A stretch of 44,624 nt of DNA, the filler included, from an uncultured virus (IMG/VR IMGVR_UViG_2061766007_003022) (Duplodnaviria; Heunggongvirae; Uroviricota; Caudoviricetes). It is 5 parts of one record of this genome, joined end to end, with 100 filler letters (N's around TTAATTAATTAA, not from the genome) between each part and the next. Parts side by side here need not be neighbours in the genome. Positions count along the whole stretch, not along the records: positions 1 to 1,573 come from IMGVR_UViG_2061766007_003022; positions 1,674 to 16,275 come from IMGVR_UViG_2061766007_003022; 3 more parts are not named here. One strand, written 5' to 3'. A program made the translations under genes and the position numbers. The notes beneath the pieces were generated by a model that worked only from the letters and a program-made list of their open reading frames with translations, did not search any database and was not told the DNA's origin. This document shows, piece after piece, positions 1 through 10,176 of this stretch; within the stretch, counting starts at the first letter, position 1, and each line of letters opens with the position of its first letter.

Positions 1-349
1 CGGGAAGAACGTGAACCAGGAGGAAGTGCTCGACCAGGCAATCGACACGGGCATCGACCAGGGGAACATGTCGGACTTCGGCACGGCAATCCCGGACGAA
101 TCCCTGGCGCCTAACGAGGACGACCTCGGGTTCGGCGACGACCCGGACGCCGACTTCGGAAACGACCTCGGTGCCGACGAGAGCCTCTTCGGGGACGAAG
201 GGGGGGACGACGACCTGTTCGGGGAAGATACCGGCAGCAGCGAGGACCTCGGCCTGGACGGCCTCGACGACGAGTTCTCCGAGGAAGATGGCGGGGAAGG
301 CGGCGGGGAGCAACCGGGAGATTCCGGGGACCTCGACCTCGGAATTTAG
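1..349 (+). CDS. 5'-truncated protein with very acidic, Gly/Asp/Glu-rich low-complexity C-terminus
   Basis: Frame is open from the window edge to TAG at 347-349; repeated DDLxFGD/E units. Confidence 0.7.
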   Translation, partial: GKNVNQEEVLDQAIDTGIDQGNMSDFGTAIPDESLAPNEDDLGFGDDPDADFGNDLGADESLFGDEGGDDDLFGEDTGSSEDLGLDGLDDEFSEEDGGEGGGEQPGDSGDLDLGI

Positions 350-687
350 AAAAACCCGCNNNNNNNNNNNNNNNNNNNNNNNNNNNNNNNNNNNNNNNNN
401 NNNNNNNNNNNNNNNNNNNNNNNNNNNNNNNNNNNNNNNNNNNNNNNNNNNNNNNNNNNNNNNNNNNNNNNNNNNNNNNNNNNNNNNNNNNNNNNNNNNN
501 NNNNNNNNNNNNNNNNNNNNNNNNNNNNNNNNNNNNNNNNNNNNNNNNNNNNNNNNNNNNNNNNNNNNNNNNNNNNNNNNNNNNNNNNNNNNNNNNNNNN
601 NNNNNNNNNNNNNNNNNNNNNNNNNNNNNNNNNNNNNNNNNNNNNNNNNNNNNNNNNNNNNNNNNNNNNNNNNNNNNNNNNNNNNNN

Positions 688-1573
688 TTCCCGTCAAACC
701 CGTAGGTATCGAAACCGTTCTCCCCGTCCCAACCGGATGTTGACTTCAGGTGGGTTCCCGCCTTGGAATCACCCCCACAGAACCTGGACAGCTTATTCCA
801 GTCCTCGCGGGAAGGAAGTCTCCATCCGTTACCGTATTCCTTGGCCACCCGCATGGCAGCTTCCCACGTGAAATAGGTCTCTCCGTTTTCCACATAGATA
901 CCGTGTTCGGGGTCTGCGGGCATCTGGAGATTGTGACACATCCAAATCTGGTCACCGATGCGGACTGAATCCTCGTCTACCCGGTCGATATGCTGCTCCG
1001 GTTTCGGCGGAGGCGGGCAGAGCTCGAACACGTTGCCACCGAGCAGTTTCGATAGTTGACGGGCATCCATGGCCTGGTCGGNNNNNNNNNNNNNNNNNNN
1101 NNNNNNNNNNNNNNNNNNNNNNNNNNNNNNNNAGATTCTCCCACGGGTCGACGATGATGGAAATCAGCGAAAGACCGTATTCGTCGATAGGCGCATTCTT
1201 CCCCTTTACCCGTCTAACTTCCTTGAAGTTCGGTTTGTAGGCGAAGTAGACCCTGTTCAGTCCATCCGATGTGTAAGAATCCCACATGTTCTCAAGGTGA
1301 GTGATGCACCAGCGGGAATCCGGGTTGGTGTATTTTGAGAACTTCTTTGCCGTTTCAAAGTCGGGTATCGGTTCAATAATGTAGTCGCTGTTCTTGTACT
1401 TGGCAGAGGTAAGTTCCGTCTTGAGCTCGTCGTCGGCCTTCTGGACGACCGTCCCGAACCTGGCTTCCAGGTCGGAGTAAGACAGTCCGTTCAGGTCGGA
1501 ATCGTATTCCTCCGCATGGCCGTCGGATATCAGCTTGACTATCTTCTTCAGGGAGGAAAGCTTCCCGGAATCC
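688..1573 (-). CDS. Phage protein (WCIT...DEYGLSLI domain) probably fused to a C-terminal Fib_succ_major/FISUMP domain; both ends lie in gaps
   Basis: 1573-1133 reads open (…SRWCITHLENMWDSYT…DEYGLSLISIIVDP). After a short gap comes SVRIGDQIWMCHNL…YFTWEAAM…GWRLPSREDW…LKSTSGW…DTYGF, which are the hallmark FISUMP motifs. Confidence 0.75.
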
Positions 1574-1673
1574 NNNNNNNNNNNNNNNNNNNNNNNNNNN
1601 NNNNNNNNNNNNNNNNNTTAATTAATTAANNNNNNNNNNNNNNNNNNNNNNNNNNNNNNNNNNNNNNNNNNNN
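1574..1673. other. Artificial contig linker N-TTAATTAATTAA-N (also 16276-16375, 21079-21178, 31653-31752)
   Basis: Identical all-frame stop linker flanked by N runs at four sites. Confidence 0.97.
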
Positions 1674-2531
1674 ATAGTGACCTCGACCAGGACACTTTCT
1701 TCCAGTTCTGGAAGCCCAAGGGTCCGCAGTCCGCGGTCAAGCTCGGTGACAAGACCGGCGTGGTCAAGGCCAAGGTCGACTTCAACCCGGGCGAGGTCCG
1801 CATCGACAAGGTGTGGGAAGACTTCATCAAGTCCGAAAAGGCGAAGGAAAAGAAGAACGCCAAGCCGGTCACCGGCATCGACGCGTTCGGAAGTGTCATC
1901 ATCGACACGCTCGACAGGCAACCGAAGCCGGAGAAGCTCACCGCATCTCTCAAGGCCCTGAAGAAGGTCACCGAGAAGTCTCTCGAGGGCAAGAGCAAGA
2001 CCACCGTCGAGGAACTCGGCGTGGCCAAGTTCGTCGAGGTTTCCAAGGCACAGAAGCCGGGCAAGGGCGACCATACCGGCATCGTCAAGGCCAAGTCCGC
2101 GATGGGCACCCAGCGCATCCCTGATGAAATCATCAAGGGCAAGCCGGCTGTTACGGATGTCAGCGGCGCTACCACCANNNNNNNNNNNNNNNNNNNNNNN
2201 NNNGCTCAAGGCAACACCGAACAATGTCGTGGTGAAGTCCGAGGCCGCAAAGCCGGGTAAGGGCGACCACACCGGTATTGTCAAGGCTAAGTCCGCTATG
2301 GGCACCCAGAAGATTCCGGGCGATATCATCAAGGGCAAGCCTGTGGTGAACACCCTCGGTGAAGTGAAGCCGGTAATCGCCAAGTCCTATGACACTAAGC
2401 TTCAGGCTACCCCTAACAACGTGGTAACCAAGTCCGAAGCTGCTAAGCCGGGCAAGGGCGACCACACCGGTATAGTTGAGCCGAAGTCCGCAATGGGCAA
2501 GCAGAAGATTCCGACTGCCTACAAGGGATAA
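1674..2531 (+). CDS. 5'-truncated Lys-rich protein with three ~65-aa repeats; frame split by a gap
   Basis: ORFs 1760-2260 and 2124-2531 join across the N gap; KPGKGDHTGIV(K/E)(A/P)KSAMG occurs three times. Confidence 0.8.
2054..2520 (+). repeat. Three in-frame repeats with a ~195-bp period
   Basis: aagccggg(c/t)aagggcgacca at 2054, 2250 and 2445. Confidence 0.9.
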
Positions 2532-2534
2532 CCG

Positions 2535-3227
2535 ATGGGTCTGGCACCGGTAAGAGAAACCGTGCGTATAATGCGTCACGCCCCGACGCCAGTGCATCAG
2601 GGCTTTTGGCGCTGTACTATCGGTCCGCTTCCGGTGTCCTGGCATGACGAGGCATTCGACGCCACCGATACGCCGGTGCCTCATACTGCCCCCGTTCCTG
2701 AGATGGTAAATGCGCTAATCAAGAACTACATCTGCAACGGGCTCAAGGAGAGCTTCGAGCAGGAGTATCACTACAAGTTCCGTACACGTATTCCCACACA
2801 GGAAGACAACCAGTACGATGACCCGCTTACCATCACTATGCTTGCGGACCAGGGATACGAGAACTGGTGGGGACTGCACCGGTACATGGAGACCGTGATG
2901 AGCGGTCTTACCGATGCCTATCCCATAATGAATCCGAACCATCGGATATACGGGCTCGACCACCGCTACAGGAACAGGCTCACCTTCATTCCTTATATAG
3001 ATATACACTGTGCAGACGACAACTCGCAGGAACGAATGATTGTCCGGTTCAAGCGCTGCCGCGTCACGGCTCTGTCCGACCTTCAGCCGAATCCAGGCGC
3101 AATCGACCCGGTGCAGTTCAACATGACCGTGCTCTATGAACTCAAGGAAATTATCCGTCTACCGGACCCGAACAGTCTCATGAGCGCAATATGTGTAAGT
3201 ACCAGTTCAAACGCATACGACAAGTAG
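2535..3227 (+). CDS. Tail tube-fold protein, T4 gp3 (tail completion/terminator)-like
   Basis: DPLTITMLADQGYENWWGLHRYM and VRFKRCRVTALSDL…FNMTVLY resemble gp3/gp19-family patterns; lies in the tail module. Confidence 0.6.
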   Translation: MGLAPVRETVRIMRHAPTPVHQGFWRCTIGPLPVSWHDEAFDATDTPVPHTAPVPEMVNALIKNYICNGLKESFEQEYHYKFRTRIPTQEDNQYDDPLTITMLADQGYENWWGLHRYMETVMSGLTDAYPIMNPNHRIYGLDHRYRNRLTFIPYIDIHCADDNSQERMIVRFKRCRVTALSDLQPNPGAIDPVQFNMTVLYELKEIIRLPDPNSLMSAICVSTSSNAYDK

Positions 3228-3238
3228 GGGCATCATAG

Positions 3239-4367
3239 ATGGCTGACGAAAAACGTACATTAGTCGAGAATACCCAGAACGCCGACTGGAGGACAGGTGC
3301 CCAATCCAAGGACATGATGGACCGCGCATACCATGGCAAACAGGGTAACGGGCACATCGGTCTCCTTGACTACTACATGCCGAACTTCTATGCGATGGCC
3401 CGTGGACACGTAGTCAACAAGTACCACGTCGGTTTCTATGGCCCGTACGTCGACCAGGCGCTAATGGTGATGGACCAGAACTCCTATGCCGATAAGTACA
3501 ATCTGACACGGCAGAAACCGTTCTACGACACGAAGGACAATTTCCGTAAGACATTGTTCGACCAGTGGCTTTCGATGTGCTACGACAAATCCAGTGGCGT
3601 CCTCAATATGTACTGGGCGGCAAAGCAGATTACGATTCCATCACCTACTGCACAGGTAAAGCAAGTAATGATGGACTCTACCAAACAGATTCAGTATCCG
3701 GTCGTAACAGGCGTTAACTGTGACAATACACTTAGTATAGAGGTCACCGACGACCCCTACCTTATGTGGTATAATTTTTTCAATGCACTATTCAACGTGC
3801 AGTACTCTCCGCTTCTCCTAAAGCCAAAAAGTACACTACAGAAAATTAACATCATGGTGAACCTGTATTCCGAGGGGCTTACGGTTGGAAACTCAATGAA
3901 GAGTATCTATGAACGCACCGGCGGAAACGAATGCCAGACAGACCTTGTTGTCGGCCAGATGTTCGAATTCAACTCCTGCATAACTTCCAAGGCACCTAAC
4001 CTTACCGCAAATTACGAACAGGCACACCCATATACGTTCACCATTGATTTCAAGTACCCGAACGCATATCAGGGAACCTTCAAGGACCAGATGCGCTATC
4101 TTCGCGACGAGACTACCCGCGGAGTAGACCCATCCAAGGTCAAGGAACGCGGTTGGACCGAATGTGAATTAACAATGGTGGATACCAGACACAATCCCTA
4201 TGGCGAGNNNNNNNNNNNNAGACCCGGGTACATGGCAGAAGAGGTATGATGTCGCGTTGTATGATGCATTCCAGCCGAATGTATACGAACGTTATATACG
4301 AACCGGGCATGCCGCCTTCAACAAGGTGGAATACCATTACGACATGAACGGAAAGCGGCGTTCCTAG
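3239..4367 (+). CDS. Tail tube-fold protein, gp54-like tube initiator; the true end lies past the gap at TAG 4365-4367
   Basis: TLSIEVTDDPYLMWYNFF…FEFNSC…FTIDFKY pattern. After the gap the frame DPGTWQKRY…GKRRS* ends with its stop overlapping the convergent gene's stop (ctag). Confidence 0.55.
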
Positions 4368-5133
4368 CCAACAACCTGTTTCAGCGTTGGCGGGTCCTTC
4401 GCCAGGAACTTCCTAAAATTCACAACTTCGGCTTCAAGGCGTTCCTTGAAGTCCTTGTTATATTCTGCCGGCGGTCTCGGATGGTCCATGTGCTTTACAG
4501 CATTNNNNNNNNNNNNNNNNNNNNNNNNNNNNNCCATGCGACATAGGCAAGGAAGGCATCCTCCCCGCCCCATTTTCCATCGAATGCCGGATGGAAAATC
4601 CTTTCCGTCCTACACATTCGTTTCATTACATCACGTATAATCCGGATAGCCCTTATGTTCATTCCCATGTTGCATGTCCATGTGGCTAGACAGTTCGCAA
4701 TCAATGTAAGGTTCTGCACTATTGTTCCCCGTGAAGAGAACAGATTCAGACTTCCGGCCTCGCCGAATTCCCTCGGGTCATGCCAGTGGAACTTCTCCTC
4801 CAGACGTCTACCCAGGGAAATAGCCGGGATATCATATTTAAGGTATTCCATGTGGGACTTAACCAGTTCATCCTGCGGAATACAGTCTTCGTCAACAAAG
4901 ATTACCCCGGTAGCACCCAGCAACAGCGCGTAGTCCACGCCGATGTCCCTGCATTTTCCCGCGAGAAACCCCTCACCGTCCTTATTATCAAGGATTGCGT
5001 CGGCTACCGGGCATTCCAGGTCGCACCTGTCCCTTACTACGGTAACGAACGCACCCTGTACATGCAGCTTATCCACTACAAGATTCAGGTGCTTCCCCGT
5101 CCTGCAGGGAACTATGGCCATGCAATCAATCAT
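4364..5133 (-). CDS. GT-A fold glycosyltransferase (GT2-like)
   Basis: VIFVDEDCIP (DxD), WTCNMG, FDGKWGGEDAFLAY (GED catalytic motif). The C-terminus continues after the gap as NAVKHMDHPRP…. Confidence 0.8.
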
Positions 5134-6156
5134 GCCTTTACCAGAGTAAGCACCCTCTGTCCCAGGTCAAGTTTCTTATCGCCATAATGACCGACTAGGT
5201 CGCAATACTGGTTGTGCAGCTTGAGGTTCGTCTTGGTGGACGGAATCTCGGACGTGAAATCATCATACAGCGTGGTCATCTCCTCGGCCATGTACTTCTT
5301 GCACTGCCCGCCGAACAGGGTAACCGCCCAGCAGGAATTCAACGGAGTATAGTATAGACCGTCCCTTGAATACCTGAGTTCTGGAGGAACCTTTTCGTTC
5401 ACGCTCCACATGCGTACACGGTCGAACCTTCCTGCCACGTAATCCAGGTACTGGTCGACCCGGTTATCCATTATGATGACCTTCCCGTCAATATTCCGGT
5501 CGGTAATGTACTTCCTTGCAATGGCGTCATCCGCCCGCTCTACGGTTATATTGAACACGTTGGTAAGCGCCGCACAAATCTCGTGGTAAGTATGGTTCGG
5601 ACGGTAGTAGAACTCGTTGTAGTTGTCGTTACCGAGTTCGCTGAAAGGGAACTCGTACGTAAACGCGTTCATCGACAGGTGGGATAGCTGAATTCCTCGC
5701 CACCGTGTAGCCTGCAGGGCCTTGCAGAACGTGTTCACGAACTTCTGCGGCATCTTGTTCTTCAGTACGGTAACCAGCTTAGACGGGGCGTTCGCCTGGT
5801 TGCTCAGTACGTCCTGGATGGCGGGGTCGGCAAACTTCTCCACGCACTCCTTCCACTCGGATTCGTCATTGAACGACTTCTTGGATAGCGGATACTGAAT
5901 TACGCNNNNNNNNNNNNNNNNCGTATGGGATATAGAAGAATCTCGGGTTTGCATACTCGGTAAACTCGAGCATCCCCGGGAGTACAGCGTCGAGCACCTC
6001 CCGGTATGCCTGGGAGACAAGGTCGCCGTAGTCATCAAGGGTCTGCCCGACCTCCGCCGTAGCCAACAGGATGACCTCCTTGTCGCCCTGTGTTGCGAGA
6101 CTTACCGCCTCCATGACGGCATCCATTGTGTATCCGATGATGTATACCCTTTCCAT
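5130..6156 (-). CDS. Divergent UDP-galactopyranose mutase (Glf)-like protein, probably inactive
   Basis: MERVYIIGYTMDAVMEA (Rossmann-like start without GxGxxG), QYPLSKKSF, KALQATRW, YYRPNHTYHEI, DNRVDQYLDYVAGRF and LGQR are collinear with Glf motifs. Its ATG overlaps the upstream TAA. Confidence 0.65.
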
Positions 6157-6588
6157 TAAAGAATCCTCATGTCCTTCTGCACGAAGGGAAGAATGTACTT
6201 GTCCAGCCATGCCTCGTCGGGGAACTCGAACAGTATGTCGATTACCTTCCCTTCAAAGTCGGTGAATATATTCACGGGGGCTATGTCGAAATGCAGGTCA
6301 TTGTATATCGCGTTATTGTCGGCCTCGTCGTCCAGTACAATCCTGACCCCCCTTGCCGGGTCGTCGGTAAGGCCGTACTTCTGGAACCAGCCGAACAGGC
6401 GCTCTATGCCGTGCTTGCACACCGGGCACTCGTCCTTCGCGTTGTAGAAGCTGAACACCCACATGAACACCCGCTGGGTGCTGGTGGTCTCCCGGTACAC
6501 TTCCTTGCCGAAATTGAGCAGCCTCAGGCTCAGCGGCTGGGNNNNNNNNNNNNNNNNNNNNNNNNNNNNNNNNNNNCGGTTTCGCCAT
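6156..6588 (-). CDS. Thioredoxin-fold protein (CPVC)
   Basis: VFSFYNAKDECPVCKHG and DIAPVNIFTD (cis-Pro loop); GGAGG lies upstream of the ATG at 6588. Confidence 0.75.
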
Positions 6589-6611
6589 AATATGCCTCCG
6601 TTCACGGTATG

Positions 6612-6619
6612 AAACTAGT
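6612..6619 (-). promoter_or_regulatory. ACTAGTTT upstream motif (class 3)
   Basis: The same octamer lies 23-31 nt upstream of the starts at 6588(-), 20071(-) and 42432(+). Confidence 0.55.
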
Positions 6620-7142
6620 TCAAACCGACACGGAGCGCTTGAACAGGTCCCGGGTATTCTTCTCGTTTGCTATCCACCAGTTGACCTGGNNNNNNNNNNC
6701 CACTTGGCGTAGTTGGCGGCAACGTCCGCGCTCTTGCGCTCGTAGGCAGCCATTCGCTTCCGGTAGCTTTCCAGTTTCTTCTGGTCCTGGCACCCCTGCG
6801 GGGGCGGCTTTGGGGCCACCGGGACGACCGAGTATGCCANNNNNNNNNNNNNNNNNNNNNNNNNNNNNNNNNNNNNNNNNNNNNNNNNNNNNNNNNNNNN
6901 NNNNNNNNNNNTGTCCGGCTTGTAGAGGGACTGCTTGAGGTATACCGGGGAACTGTACGGAATCTCGAATAGTTCGTATGCCCAGCGGGTCACAAACGGG
7001 TTTCCGTCACATAGACCGAAGAAGCGCCTCTCCCAACTGGNNNNNNNNNNNNNNNNNNNNNNNNNNNNNNNNNNNNNNNNNNNNNNNGCTGGTAGTTACC
7101 TTTCTCGGTATCCGTATAGTAACTCTTGCGCTTCCTTGACAT
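6620..7142 (-). CDS. T4 gp4-like head completion nuclease (TnsA-like)
   Basis: MSRKRKSY…WERRFFGLCDGNPFVTRWAYELFEIPYSSP…YKPD…NYAKW…WWIANEK, matching the gp4 motif order across gaps. Confidence 0.8.
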
Positions 7143-7144
7143 GA

Positions 7145-8985
7145 CTATACCGCCGTGGAATACATTCTCGCGTAATATGCGGCCAGGCTCTCGTTGGACC
7201 GCTTATCAGACCACTCAATGTTGGATATGGCATCGATATGTTCCTGGTCATAGTCTGGCTTGACCCAGTAGTTCACCCCGGAAAGTTCCTCGTCATCGTC
7301 AACAGGTTCCCTCACGGTAATCACACGCACCTGTATGCCGCTTCCCTCAGGGGAGGAACCGGTAGGCGTTGAGCCCTTGTCGCGTGCCTCGTTAAGAGCC
7401 TTCAATGTCTCGTCTGAGAATGCATAAAATCCGAGGAACCTCACGAACTGGGCCCACTTCTCGCCAAAGTAGGTATCCTCCCTCATTCCGTCGGCAAGGG
7501 ACTTGCCCATCGAGCGGAGCTCCCGGTCCTCCCGGTCGCTTAACGGGTGAATACCGGGATGCAGCGTGTTCTCATTGTCGATTGACCCGGAAAACTGAAC
7601 TGCATCCACTGCAGAAAGGACTGCCGCGCCAACGGAACCAGGTTCCGGTTCTCCACGCATTTCGGATGCGTAATACTGAATACCTCCGGTGCTTGACGGG
7701 TAGAGCCCGTAGGTCCACTTTGCCTCGTACACCTTGCTCTTTACCCGGTCGTTGGCCGCCCGCAGACGGTCGAACAGGTCATCCCACATCTTCGACAGGT
7801 CCTCGAGGGAGAACCCATTCTCGTAGGCAGTATCTGCACGCATGCAGCATAGGTAGATATCCGCCTCGAACGCACGGTTCCAGTATTCTCCCGACAGGCG
7901 GAACTCCTCGTTATACTGCTTGACCTTGTTCTTGATACGTTCAGTAAGCGCTGGGCAGGCGTGTTCAAGGCAGTTTACCCACATCTTCATGCTTTCCATC
8001 ATGTCGATTACGCTCATGCGGTATACCATCTTCCCGTCTATCTCGTCACGGGTATATACCAGCAGGCAATCCATGTGTGATGCTCGGAGAGGTTCAAGCA
8101 GGAACGAAACGTCCATCTTCTTGCGGAGAAGGTCGGCATACTGCTTGATTAGCCAGCGGAACGGCATTATAAGTACGGTAAAGAAACTGTCTATTGCGAG
8201 CTTAATCATATCGAAGAACAGAATCACGTACTGCTTGATATATGTATCCATTATTGCGGACAGNNNNNNNNNNNNNNNNNNNNNNNNNNNNNNNNNNNNN
8301 NNNNNNNNTCGCGTATGCAACGGAGCACCAGGTCAGGGTCATCAGAGATATTGTTCCCGTCAGCATCCGTGTCACACCCGGTAACAAACGATACGAACCG
8401 GCAGAGGCACGGGCAGTCCATAAGGAGCTTCTCGAGAGCCTCCCAATCCCAGTTGAGGGTAACTTTAAGCATTCCGCCAAGATACTTGTCAATCATGTCA
8501 TACACGTCAAGTATGCATTCCTGAACTGCGTCGGTAAGCAGCTTCAAGGATTCCTGAAGTTTCTGCCTGGCAGTATCAATCTTGTCAAATAGTGCAAATG
8601 CGGCCTTCACAATCACTTCAAGGAAGGCATTTACCGAACCGAATACAGTGACTACAAGGTTGCAGAACTGCTTGACGAAGGTATTCGACTGCATCATCTC
8701 GCCAAACTTGACACCGGATGTTATAGAGCCGACTTTCTTCGAAAATCTCTCGATTTCTGCATTCGCCGTCTTCAGCGAAGGGCATACGTTATATNNNNNN
8801 NNNNAGCAGTCATACTCGTAAAGACCAAGTGCCGCCGTGCGTATATTACCTGCTTCCTTGATAACAGCGTCAAGGAAGTCCCCACCATCGCCTTGGTTAC
8901 TGGAACGGGTAACCTTCTTCCCCGGCGTCCCGTCGTCGGCGAAGTTCAGGCCCATCAGCACTTCTTCACATGTACGTGCAGCCAT
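7145..8985 (-). CDS. Hypothetical ~610-aa Cys-rich helical protein; frame split by gaps
   Basis: ORFs 8251-8985 and 7145-8320 join across a gap. Its ATG overlaps the gp5-like stop (TAATG). Confidence 0.7.
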
Positions 8986-10176
8986 TAGTATTCACCCTCC
9001 ATAGCCAACAGGTTATTCCATACGGCAATCTGCTTCGGAGTTGACGCGGTCTGCTTGTATGCAACCACGTCGATAGTTTCCAAGTTAAATGACTTCTTCA
9101 CATGGTTCACTATATCGCTGAACTTGCCCATCTGATACTCGTTTAGGTTTCCATCCCCATAGAACACAATGCTTACCGCGTCAAGGTTCGGCTTTCCCTT
9201 CATGTCAGCACCGATGGTTGCATCATTGGCTACTTCTACACACTGCANNNNNNNNNNNNNGGTCCGAAAGTTCGGCCATTACATCCATGTTACCTTCACC
9301 AACACCAACGAGATAGTGTGCGCAAGCCCGTGATGCACTGTCCTCATATATGGCAAGTGCCTCAGCAAGCGGATTGTTTCCTGTAGCCGTAACAAGGATT
9401 CTCTTGGCAACCTTCGCGCTCCTGCGGATTGATGCCGGGGACTCAATGAACGGAATTCCGTACTCCTTGGTGACACCCTGAATGTCACGGGTCTCCTGCC
9501 CGTCAGCAGCCTCGTCCATTGGGTCAGACGCCCGCTTGACCTCGCCGGAACCGTTCCCGCGCAGGGTATCTATAGTCTGCTTGGATATATGCGATACGCT
9601 CAGATACTCAGAACCGGCACGCACCCCGCTAGACGGATTTCCAACCGGCATGCAAGTGAATATATCTATGGTAGCCTCGGTAAGTACCGGGACGGTCATA
9701 CGTCCGACTTCGTCGGAATTCCTGGTAGATGCCAATGACAATTCACCAGTTTCTGTCCACGTCAGTGTAGAGTCATTTCCCGGATTGGTAATAGTGCTTG
9801 TATGGGAAGCCCGGTTATGGGTATAAAGGTAACCCGTCTCACCCATGTTCATTACGGCAATATCCGGGTATCCGAACATGTACTGTTCCGGGGTAAAGCT
9901 CTTCGTCGGGGAAATCGCATAGTACATACCCTGGTTGATGTCCCCATCCTTGAACTTGATTAGGAGCCAGTGTCCGTTCTGCGGAACCTGGATAACCCCC
10001 TGCATAAGCTGCGGATACACCCACGGCTGCAACTTGGCATCCCACTTGTCGGTAACACCGATTATCCTGGCCTGCACGGCACCGGTACGGGCCGCGTCGA
10101 CTGAACCGCCTACGACCTCCCCGTAGTAGTACGGGTGGGTAAGCCTGGTAGTAGCGGTATTCACTTCGGTCATCAT
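8985..10176 (-). CDS. gp5-like baseplate spike (OB fold) with a C-terminal degenerate Amidase_2/PGRP-like domain
   Basis: YYGEVV…D…GAVQARIIG…PWVYP…VPQNGHWLLIKFKDGDINQGMY is the gp5/VgrG OB fold. FIESP…RILVTAT…CAHYLV…QCVE…NLDAVSI…Q…VVAYK follows the amidase layout; the frame continues through the gap into ORF 8985-9203. Confidence 0.8.

Noticed and set aside
350..359. Terminator between the converging genes (aaaaacccgc)
   Set aside because: Only one arm is visible; the rest is in the gap.
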